Origin: a virus | Lineage: Duplodnaviria > Caudoviricetes | Strand: one strand, 5' to 3' | Virus record (IMG/VR): IMGVR_UViG_3300043567_000437 | Coordinates: 1-25,964 of that record | Length of the DNA stretch: 25,964 nt | Shown: positions 6,436 through 15,200 of the stretch, piece by piece | Layout: every line of letters begins with the position of its first letter | Position numbering within the stretch: position 1 is the first letter of the stretch | The notes under the pieces: generated by a model | What the model was told of the DNA's origin: nothing | Databases searched by the model: none | The model's input: the letters and a program-made list of their open reading frames with translations, nothing else | Position numbers and translations under genes: made by a program

Positions 6436-7250
6436 TCTCCAGTAGGTGCCATCATGTCGTTCGTCGCCCAGTTGGGCATGTAGATTTCGGTCACAACGTC
6501 CGGCCATCCGGTTCCCGGCTCTTCGAGGAACTTGCGGTACTGGTCAATGAGTCCGGGCAGGCGCGCTGTCGCCACGTCGAGGTGGTCGGCGTTCAGCGCG
6601 GCGCAGAGGCATGCGTGGGGCGGTGTCTTCTCGACCACGATCAGGATGACGGACGTGACTTCCTTGCCCGCTCGGCGCATGAGTTCACGGTAGAACGAGA
6701 ACTGCGTCCAGTAGCCGAAGTTGTATGCGGCGCGCGAGAACTCCTGCGGGGACGCGAGTCCGCTGTGGGTCTTGATGTCGATGATGACCCCGAACTCCTC
6801 GATCCACCCGTCGATGCGCGCCTTGCACGGGATGCCCTCCCACTCGCCGCGCAGGGTGATCTCGGTGTCGGTTCCGCACTTCTCGACGAGCATCCGCGCC
6901 GACTCGTGCGACATGATGCCGCCGCGCATCTCCTCGACGAGAGTCGCCTCGTCGCGGGTCAGGATCGTGCGACCGTCCGCGAGTCCCTGAAACTTCTCCC
7001 ACTCCTCCTTCCCGGCCTTCGTGCGGCGGTCGATGTCCGGCGCGACGACGAAGTCGAGTTCGTAGGCGGCGGGCGTGAGGACGAGCGAGTGCAGCGCGCG
7101 ACCGACCCGGAATGCCGGGGTGTCCGTGCGGTTCTCGCGCTCCGCAAGCAGGTGCAGAGGCGTGGACTTGTCGAGCGTCTTGAGCGCGGACGCGCTCATC
7201 CGGTTCCAGCCGTGGTACTCGGCTTCGGGAATGCCCTTGAGCAGTTCCAT
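6432..7250 (-). CDS. RecE/exonuclease VIII-like PD-(D/E)XK exonuclease (DUF3799-type)
   Basis: EYH..MSASALK, AFRVGRALHSLVL, DRRTKAGKE, CKARID, IIDIKT, GYWTQ..FY motifs; adjacent to erf. Confidence 0.9.
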   Translation of the reverse strand: MELLKGIPEAEYHGWNRMSASALKTLDKSTPLHLLAERENRTDTPAFRVGRALHSLVLTPAAYELDFVVAPDIDRRTKAGKEEWEKFQGLADGRTILTRDEATLVEEMRGGIMSHESARMLVEKCGTDTEITLRGEWEGIPCKARIDGWIEEFGVIIDIKTHSGLASPQEFSRAAYNFGYWTQFSFYRELMRRAGKEVTSVILIVVEKTPPHACLCAALNADHLDVATARLPGLIDQYRKFLEEPGTGWPDVVTEIYMPNWATNDMMAPTGE

Positions 7251-7302
7251 TTGGCAGTTCTCCAGTATGCGAGACGCGGCACGACGCCGCGCTTCGGTCA
7301 GT

Positions 7303-7330
7303 ATGGTACATACGCTACCGACCGCGTCAA
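7303..7330 (-). promoter_or_regulatory. Sigma70-like promoter for the recombination operon
   Basis: On the - strand TTGACG (7330-7325), 16 bp, TACCAT (7308-7303), with an AT-rich tract upstream and a CGCGGC/GCCGCG leader hairpin at 7275-7291. Confidence 0.55.
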
Positions 7331-7360
7331 GGGCAGGAAAGAAAATCCGGCAAGAATTTC

Positions 7361-7627
7361 TTACGGTTCCTGACGGCGGTATCCGAGCCGCCACAGAACC
7401 CTGCTCATCTCGCGACTGGCCTCGGTGACCTTCTCCTCCGTCCAGTTCGGCTCGATGCAGTGCAGCAGTTCGTGGCAGATGGTGTCGAGCAGATCCTCGT
7501 CGCCCTGCCATGTTCCGATGCGGATGCGCCGCCCCTCGGCCTTGCCCGGATCGACCATGTCGCCGTAGTCGCGCAGTTGCGGCACGAACTTCAACTGCCA
7601 CCACTTGCCGTTCAACTTGACGCGCAT
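7361..7627 (-). CDS. Small zincin-like (HExxH) metallopeptidase-domain protein (88 aa)
   Basis: G...IRI...LDTICHELLH....WTEE: HExxH with downstream Glu. Confidence 0.75.
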   Translation of the reverse strand: MRVKLNGKWWQLKFVPQLRDYGDMVDPGKAEGRRIRIGTWQGDEDLLDTICHELLHCIEPNWTEEKVTEASREMSRVLWRLGYRRQEP

Positions 7628-7629
7628 GG

Positions 7630-8526
7630 TCAGTGGATGGGGAAGAAGTCCGGCTTCAGTTTGTAGGACGTTCGCCCGTGCGCGCTGTACTTGTGCAGCG
7701 AGAGGCGCATCCAGACGGCTCCGATGATCTCCGGGGTACGACCCTGCTCGACGTGGAACCCGCCGTAGCCGTCCCCGAACTCGTCCTTGTACGTCCCGAC
7801 CCGGACGTGGTACTGCACGTCATGCTCGACGCGCATCCCGCTCTTGTCGGCAACGAGGCGTTCACGGGCAAGCGGCATGACCCACTGCTTGTGGACGTGT
7901 CCCTGCACGACCACGTCAGCGTCCGGAATTACCGCCGCCTGACGGCGCACCTTCAGTGTGTCGAAGGACATCAGTGCCGCGCCGCCGCTGCCGTGGAAGT
8001 ACTTCAGGTTGAGCGCGTAGTAATGCGTGTTCACCGCGACGACGAACTTCACCCAACCACCGTAGCCACCGGGGTTTACCTTGTGCTTCGAGAGCATCGT
8101 CATTCTCTCGCACAGGCGCTCGGTCAGATCGGTTTCGTTGTTCTTGAGGACGCTGGCCTCGTGGTTGCCGCGCCCGATGACTATGCAGTGGGATGAATAT
8201 GGCGCGTAGAACTCGGCGGCGTGGTTCACGATGGAGTCGAAGTAGTCCGGCGCGAGAGCGTGTTCCTCGCGCACTCCCTTGCGACTTCGCCTCGGATCCG
8301 CCCGCCCTTCCATAGCACAGAACAGGTCGCCTACGTCGATCCACCCCGCGCCACGCTTGACACATTCGTCAAGGTGCTTTCGCTCCAAGTCGTGGTCTGC
8401 GTGAGGGTTATCGTGGTGCCTGTCGCCCGACAGTAGGAACCACCATTGGTCGGTGACGCTGCTTGCCACGATTTTGACGTGGTGGATATTGCGGGCTGCT
8501 GCCGTCACCGTCCAAGGCAGTTCCAT
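7630..8526 (-). CDS. Calcineurin-like metallophosphoesterase
   Basis: Ordered motifs GDRH, GDLF, GNHE, HG, GHVH. Start is uncertain. Confidence 0.88.
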   Translation of the reverse strand: MELPWTVTAAARNIHHVKIVASSVTDQWWFLLSGDRHHDNPHADHDLERKHLDECVKRGAGWIDVGDLFCAMEGRADPRRSRKGVREEHALAPDYFDSIVNHAAEFYAPYSSHCIVIGRGNHEASVLKNNETDLTERLCERMTMLSKHKVNPGGYGGWVKFVVAVNTHYYALNLKYFHGSGGAALMSFDTLKVRRQAAVIPDADVVVQGHVHKQWVMPLARERLVADKSGMRVEHDVQYHVRVGTYKDEFGDGYGGFHVEQGRTPEIIGAVWMRLSLHKYSAHGRTSYKLKPDFFPIH

Positions 8527-8552
8527 GCCGTCACGGTACGGCCACAGGATTG

Positions 8553-8593
8553 CCAAACGAACAGCCCCCGCGGCACGAAGCCTGCGGGGGCTG
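8553..8593 (-). terminator. Intrinsic terminator-like hairpin
   Basis: On the - strand CAGCCCCCGC-AGGCTTCGTGCC-GCGGGGGCTG followed by TTCGTTT; perfect 10-bp outer stem. Confidence 0.65.
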
Positions 8594-8675
8594 CTTCCGG
8601 GGGCTGTCAAAGCCCGTGCAGGACGCATGACTCCGCTACACGCGGGGCATCTCGTCAGAGAATCCTGCCGGGCGG
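8553..8675 (-). ncRNA. Candidate ~120-nt structured sRNA or attenuating leader
   Basis: Bounded by promoter 8680-8707 and terminator 8553-8593. Closing stem GCCCG-GCAGGA/TCCTGC-A-CGGGC encloses TCTC-TGAC-GAGA and CCGC-GTGTA-GCGG hairpins. Confidence 0.45.
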
Positions 8676-8679
8676 CATC

Positions 8680-8707
8680 AATCTAGTCGGTTTTGGGGCG
8701 GAGTCAA
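8680..8707 (-). promoter_or_regulatory. Sigma70-like promoter (leftward)
   Basis: TTGACT (8707-8702), 16 bp, TAGATT (8685-8680). Confidence 0.6.
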
Positions 8708-8730
8708 GAAACTCCGCCCCAATTCCGACT
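8685..8730. repeat. Long inverted repeat (operator or cruciform candidate)
   Basis: AGTCGG-TT-TTGGGGCGGAGT-CAAGAA-ACTCCGCCCCAA-TT-CCGACT: perfect 12-bp core plus 6-bp outer arms. Confidence 0.9.
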
Positions 8731-8736
8731 TTGCGC

Positions 8737-8766
8737 TTGCACCGTACCGGGATGGAGCAGTACTAT
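8737..8766 (+). promoter_or_regulatory. Sigma70-like promoter (rightward)
   Basis: TTGCAC (8737-8742), 18 bp, TACTAT (8761-8766). Confidence 0.5.
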
Positions 8767-8771
8767 GCGGG

Positions 8772-9215
8772 CTGCGAAACCAAAGCGCGCTCACAGTCTA
8801 GCGCGTCAGACCTGCGGGTCAAGACTGTCGGAAGATTTCCACGCCGCGGTAGGTGGAAAGTGGTTCAAGACGTGCGATCTGACCCTAGCGCACGCCGTCG
8901 AGAGACGCGCTCGTCCTGAAGCGGAGCGGCTGGTGCCACCCAGCGAAATGGTGAAACATTCAGGCAAGGGAAACCTCGCACGGCTCCGGTCGGGCTGATC
9001 TCCCGTGACTCCATCGCATGGGGTCATGGTGTTCCTTCACTCACCCGTCGGGCTGCAAAGCAGCCTGACGCCCTGCGCGTCGCAACCCACGGCGGGACAG
9101 ACCTTTGGACTCCGCCAATATGGGTGCGGTGGGTATGTCGAACTACCCCTGCGAACATCCGCCGCGCAGCGCAGCCGTAGGCGAAGCGAAGCGGAGCGGC
9201 GGAGCGAAGGACTTC
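8772..9215 (+). ncRNA. Candidate large structured non-coding RNA or RNA-primed origin region
   Basis: No credible ORF. More than ten consecutive hairpins, GNRA loops, G-U pairs favouring the + strand, and loop-to-distal complementarities. Confidence 0.5.
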
Positions 9216-9217
9216 GC

Positions 9218-12200
9218 CTAGCGCACTGCCGCCCCGCCCTGCCTTGCGCGCTCGATCTCGCGTCTTCGGCGCTCGATGCGCTCCATGAGCCTGTCTCGCG
9301 GTGACTGCGGCTCCTTGGTGGTGGATGACTTCTCGCGCTCCGGCTTCGGCATGAAGTCCCGGACGAACTGGTACAGGCCGTACATCGGGAATCCGGCGAA
9401 CTGCGAGGCCGCGAGGAGCGCAGCGACGACGCGCTCCGGGATCGGCTTCGGGCCAGTCGCCTCTCGGATCACCTGCTCGACCGGACGAACTGCGATAGGG
9501 GTGAACGGGGCGCGCCGGAACTCGATCGCGCTCGTGACCCACCCGAGGACGATGCCTAGGTAGCCGAGCGTGGAGGACATTGCCTCGTTCAGAACGCCGA
9601 CGGGCAGTCGCTTCGCTGCCTCCATCGCCTCCTTCTCCTCCTCGTCGCTCGGCCCGTCCCCGCCGAACAGCCCGGCGACGAGCGAGACGAGGTATCCGGT
9701 GGTCGCAAGCGATGCCGCGCCGATGATGGTGCTTGCCGCCATGTTCGCGCCGATCGCGAGTCCAGTCTCCAGACGCCTGTCGCCGGAGATGAACGCGCGC
9801 CGGATCTGGTTGCGCGCCTTGACCGGGTCGCTGCTGAACGGGAAGAAGATCCGCCAGCCGGAAGCGCCCTTGACGCGGTTGTATGCCGACAGCAGGCTGT
9901 CGTCGAACTCGTCGCTTGCGTTTTGCGTGCGGCGGAAGTCACGCTCGGCGCGGAGCGCGGCCTCGCGCAGCGCGTCCTGCCCGGTCAGGATGCCCTCGTC
10001 CTCGATCTCCGCGAGACGAGCCTCGACAGCGGCAAGCATGATCTGCTCGTCCATGTAGCGGAGCATGTCCACCACGGACGCAATCATCATGTTCGCGCCG
10101 TTGCTTGCGTCCTTGAACCGACCCGCCGCATCCGTCAACTGCGCGGCGGCGAGGTTCTGGCCTGCCGCGCGGAAAGAGTCGATCATCGAGTTCCACGCCG
10201 TGGAGATGCGGACACGGTCGGCATCGGACAGTGAACCGCTGATGATCGACCGCATGTGCATCTGGTGCCGACGGCTGAAGTACCCGTTGAGCGAGTGAAT
10301 CTCCTCGACGCGGGCATCCCACGCAAGCGGGTTGCGCAGGCGAGACGCTGCACGGGCGACTCCCTTCGACCAGTAGCCGAGCGGGATCTCGCTTGCGAGA
10401 CGCATCTGACCGCCGACGAGAACCTTTGCAAGCGTGCGCGGACGCAGCGCGAGGACTGCCCCGGTCACGTTGTTGGTCAACTTGTCGATGATCGTCGGGT
10501 TGCTGCGCGCTGTGGCTCCGACGCCGTTCGAGAACACGGCGAGAACCATCTCCGCCGTTCCGTTGCCGAACTGCCTGTCGATCCCGGCCACCACGGCAGG
10601 ATCAGTAAGCACGGTCGCAGCATCGCGATAGGGCTGCGCCATGTGGATCATGTCGAGCGCGACCTGAACGTGCCGCTCCCATGTCTGGAACGCATCCCGG
10701 TAGATCAGCGGCTCCGTTCCCCCGGTTCGAGCCTGCGCGAACCCGACGTTCGTCAGCGCGCCGCGCACGAGGTTTCCGGCGGTGGCGTTCAGGTTGCTTG
10801 CGTCGCCCTTCTGCTTCGAGAGACGGACGCGAGGCCAGTAGTTCTGCACCACCGGAGGCTGGTCGCCCTCGACCGCGAACACGGCGTCCATTACGCGGTC
10901 GCGGATCTGCGTTTCGAGGACGGTCTTCATCGCGTCCACGATCCCACGTTCCTGCGCGGACAGGCCGGAACGGATTGCCTCGATGTCCTGACGGCTCGGG
11001 TAGAACGTCTTGGTCGTCTCCGCGCCAGCGAAGGTGATTCCCTGCCCGGCGGTGCCGGGCGTGTCCGGGAACAGCGCAAGCGTCTCGTCGTCCATCGCCG
11101 CGACGGACAGGATCGTCCCGACCGGGAGCGTCACGTCCTGACCGCCCATCCGAACAGTCCGCAGGTTGGCGGAAGCCTCACCGAGCAGCCCGTTCTTCAG
11201 CGCGTAGTCGTCGATGCTCGTGTAGCCAGCCGCCTGAAGCGCGGGAACGATCTGCCGGAGGATCGAGGCGTGTTCGAGCGATGCCTCTCCCTTGCCAGCC
11301 TGCGCGGAGACGAGCAGGTTGTTCAGCACCCCGGCGTCCGATCCCTCCAGTTCCAGCATCATCGTGTAGATGTCGCTGTTTGCGCGTCCGACCCGGCGGT
11401 AGAACGGGATCGTCGCGGCCTTGTCGGCGCGATCTGCTTCCGCAAGCGTCGGGCGACCGGACATGTTGTTCAGCATGTCCTGACGCAGCGCGTCATAGCG
11501 CGCGATTCGAGCCGCACGCTGCGCGAGGTACTGCTGCCTGTCAAGGGAGTGCAGCAACCCAGCCTGTTCGACAAGAGCCGCAGCATCGACCACCGCGGAG
11601 TACATGTCCACGGCATTCACCAGCACCGGGGTCGCTCCGCGCTGCGCCTGCACGGCAGCACGAAGCCGCTGACCGCTCGTCGTCTTCAGTCCGGCCTCTG
11701 CCTGCGCGAGAAGCGCCTCAACGCGCGTTCTCGTCGTGTAGGTCATGCCGCGCCTGCCGAGCCTCTTGCGAAGCGCCTTGATCTCCTTGATGGTGTCGGC
11801 AACCTCCGCGTCCGCGGCCTGCTTGACGGCATCCACTGCGATCCGGTTGGCCTGCGCCAGAGTCTTTGCGTTTGCTATCTTGATAGCAAGCACGCCGCGC
11901 TGCGCGACTGGCAGCATCTTCGCCGCGTCGGCAGCGATCCGGCGCACGGCGTCTGCCACCTGCTCCTTCTGGTCGGCGCGCATCCGCGACATCTCGCGCA
12001 ACTCGAACAACTGCCGCTGGAGCGTGTCCTCGCGCTGCGCCATCCGCTTCAGAACCTGCCGACGACCCTCCATCACGCCTTGCACGCGACCCTTCGCGAG
12101 TCCCATGCCGTAGGCGAAGTTGATCGCGCGCTGCGCAGCCGCAGCGTCCTGCTTGATCTGCCGACGAGCCTCGCGAAGAGCAGGCACGGCGGTGTTCAGC

Positions 12201-15200
12201 CGCTCCTCCACGATGGCAAGCCGCTCCGACAGTTTGCGAACGACACGGCGCTCCTGCTTCTGCCCGGCCACCTGCCCGGATACCAAGCCCTCGCGACGAC
12301 CGATGGCATAAGCGAAGTCGATGGCGCGCTGCGCCGTCTCCTCCGCGTCAGCAAGGCGCTGCTCAAGGTTCTCGCCGCGCCGCAGCGACCCGAGTTCCTG
12401 CTTCAGCGACTCGACGGACGCCTTGGCGGAGTCGAGACGGGTCTGCAACTTGGCGATCTGCGCGTCAGCAGCGGCCATGTCCTCCTTCGCCGCCTCGCGC
12501 TCCAGTTCCACGCGCATCTTGGCGCGTGTCGCCTGCAACGTCTTCTGCTCCGCGACGCGCTCCGCAGTCAGAAGGCGGCGTTCGAGGATACGAACCTCGC
12601 GGATGGCGTTGGTGCGCTGCGCCGCGGTGACGTTCTGCACGTCGCGGATCTGGCGCTGAAGCACGGCGATCTGTTCGCGCAGGCTGGCCGCTTCGGCATC
12701 GCCTTCGCGGGAGAACGAGATGAGCGGCGTCGTAACGTCGAAACGCTTTGACAGCGGGATGACGTTGCCCTGCTCGTCGCGGGTGACTGGGTTGGCAGAT
12801 TTGATTTGGCTTGGAAAAAATACGACCTTGATGTCGTCAGGAGTTGCTGACCCGTCATAGGTATTTAGAAGCAATACGGAGTCATGCCCGCTTGCTTTCG
12901 CGTTTTCAATTATGGATGCGTAACTTTCCTCGCGATATGCCTCGCCCTTGAAATCGTAAGTGAATGGATTCTCCATTTTCAAATACGCATTTACCAAGGC
13001 TTCCGGCGGAATACTTCCAGCCGCGCTTTCTTCCACCAGCGCATACCATTTTGGTAGCCAAGTGTTATCAATGAAATCAAACAGCGCATCATGTTCTTCT
13101 TGCGGCATCTTGAAGTCAAGTACATCATTCCTGACATAAAGACCAGTATCCGCAAGCAACTCAAAATAATCGTAGTTAGTCAACGCCGAATATCCGGCGT
13201 TTTCAGGAACAAACGCATCGTTTCCTCTTGCAAGTTCGTATGCAAACGATCCTGCCCATTCGCGATATTTGTCGCGATACTGTTGCGGTGTTTTGTCCAA
13301 CAATTCTTTAGCAAGTGCCTTGAACTTGTCGGCGTATTCACGACCGGATAGTGGATTTAGTTCTCCCTTACTCGCATAGTACTTTGCTGTTTCTTTAGAT
13401 CCAAAAAAGAATCCCATACGCGCGCTTGGCGCTCCTGTATTTGTTCCAAGCAATTCAGGAGCAAATGCGCCGCCTTCAAGTTTTCCGGATGCAACACCGT
13501 GAACTCCACGAACCGTATAACCCGCGGTTCGCGCCGCCTCGTCAACCATGCGCTGCGCCGTCGCCATGTCGCCGCGCTCGACCGCCGCAAGGTAGTCGGA
13601 GTCGGAGGCGCGGGACATGCTGATGCCGGGCGCGGAGGTGGGGCGCTCGTTGAAGACGGACTTTGCTTGGTTAGAATCGAATGCAACATATGTGGTGCTT
13701 TCGATGCTTTCTCCGTTGATTACCAAGTCCTCATCGAAAATTGCACCGTCATAACCGCGATTCTTCAAGAACGCGACGAACCGTCTGCCAAGTTCGTCAT
13801 CGAACAATCGCCATCCGCTGCTGTTCTTTGCAGCGATCCACAAGTCTCGGTCGGCACCAAACGCATCAATGGTGTCTGCAAATTCAAGCACCAAATTTCT
13901 CGTGACAGTCGCAGGATTTTGCATCGCCAAATATGACGGGATAATGCTGTTCCCGTACTGCGAAGCAAACTGCGGATTGTTGCTGAAAAAGATGCCAGTA
14001 CGCTCGACTTCAACTGGCCCGAAAGTGGTTTCGTTTACTGATTGCGACGTTGGAGCAAAGGCATCAAATTGAGCATTTGTCCCGTGGTACACAACCAGCG
14101 GTCGTCCCTGATCGTCCACGACCTTGCTGTCACCGAACCACTCGCGCCACTCGGGAGTAAATGACGACAGCGGGCGCGGTTCGCGCGCCATCGACACTCC
14201 GGCGGGCTGCGGCTGCGGTGCCTGCGGAGCGGCGGGCTGCGCCTGTTCTGCCTCCGGCTGCGATGCTTGCTCGATTTCCGCAGGGATATCGACGCTCATG
14301 TCCTCCATCCACAGCAGCGTCCGGCCAAGCGGTGACAGTGTCGCGTCCGGCTTCACGCCAGCGGCCTTCTCGACGGCAGCGGCACGGGCAACGGCGTCGA
14401 TCACCGACATCGCGCCCGCGACCTCGCGACCCATCAGACCGCGGCGGGCTGCGAAACGAACGAGAGGAGACAGGACGCCGCGTCCACCGACACGGGCAGC
14501 GGTCGGGCCGAACGCATTTGCCTCGCCCTCCTGCTCAAGACGTGCCGCGCCGATGCGACTGACGGCGGCAGGAACCTCAACGTCCACGCCCTCGATCCCG
14601 GCAGCGGCGACCGCTGCCTGAATGCGGGCAAAGGCGTCGGCACGACCCTTGGCAGCGGACTCCGCCTGTCCTTCCGCGTACTGCGCGCCCGCGGCGTAGA
14701 TCGGGGCAAGGCCGACCTGCTGCGAGTACGCCTGCGCGATCTCCGGACGGAACATCTGGATGTCGTGGAACACCTCTTCATACGCCTTGGCGCGCACGCT
14801 CGACATGTTGGCGTCGGCGTTGAGGTAGATCGTCCCGCGAGTCTCCAGCGTGTGGAAGCCGGGGCTGTTGAACTTCTTGCTCGACGGCCTGAACCACACG
14901 ACCTTGATGCCAAGAGCCTCCATCTCGCGCTGGATACGACCGCCAGTCTTCGGAGCCTTGACAGGCTTGATGTCCACGCCGACGCTTCTGCCGAGGTTGG
15001 ACAGAACCTCGTCGCTCTGGCGCTGCATGACATCCATCGGCATGTCGGACAACTTCTCCGACACCGCCGCGTATGTCGCGTTGGCGATCATGTGGTCGTT
15101 CGTCAGCATCCGCAGTTCCGCGTCCGTCTCCTCGACCTGACGGCGGATGTCGTCCACCGCCTCGGTCGGGTCGATGGACTGGCCGGGCGACAGTTCGAGT

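Noticed and set aside
6432-7604. 390-aa version of the exonuclease (and similarly extended starts for 7630-8628, 2962-3522, 19083-20018)
   Set aside because: The N-terminal extensions overlap other genes, promoters or terminators; downstream starts match domain boundaries and mostly have an RBS or stop/start coupling.
8610-8675. Hammerhead ribozyme suggested by CTGACGAG on the - strand
   Set aside because: The required GAAA core after stem II is absent.
8772-9215. RNase P RNA, tmRNA, group I/II intron, or the small ORFs 8693-8998, 8806-9027 and 9005-9304
   Set aside because: I could not find the hallmark conserved motifs of those RNAs, and no gene is interrupted. The ORFs lack RBS, typical codon usage and motifs.
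10256-12751. 831-aa + strand ORF (also 14765-16942, 19919-21214, 6378-7373, 5479-6483)
   Set aside because: Antisense shadows of well-supported - strand genes, expected from GC-rich codon bias; no motifs or RBS.
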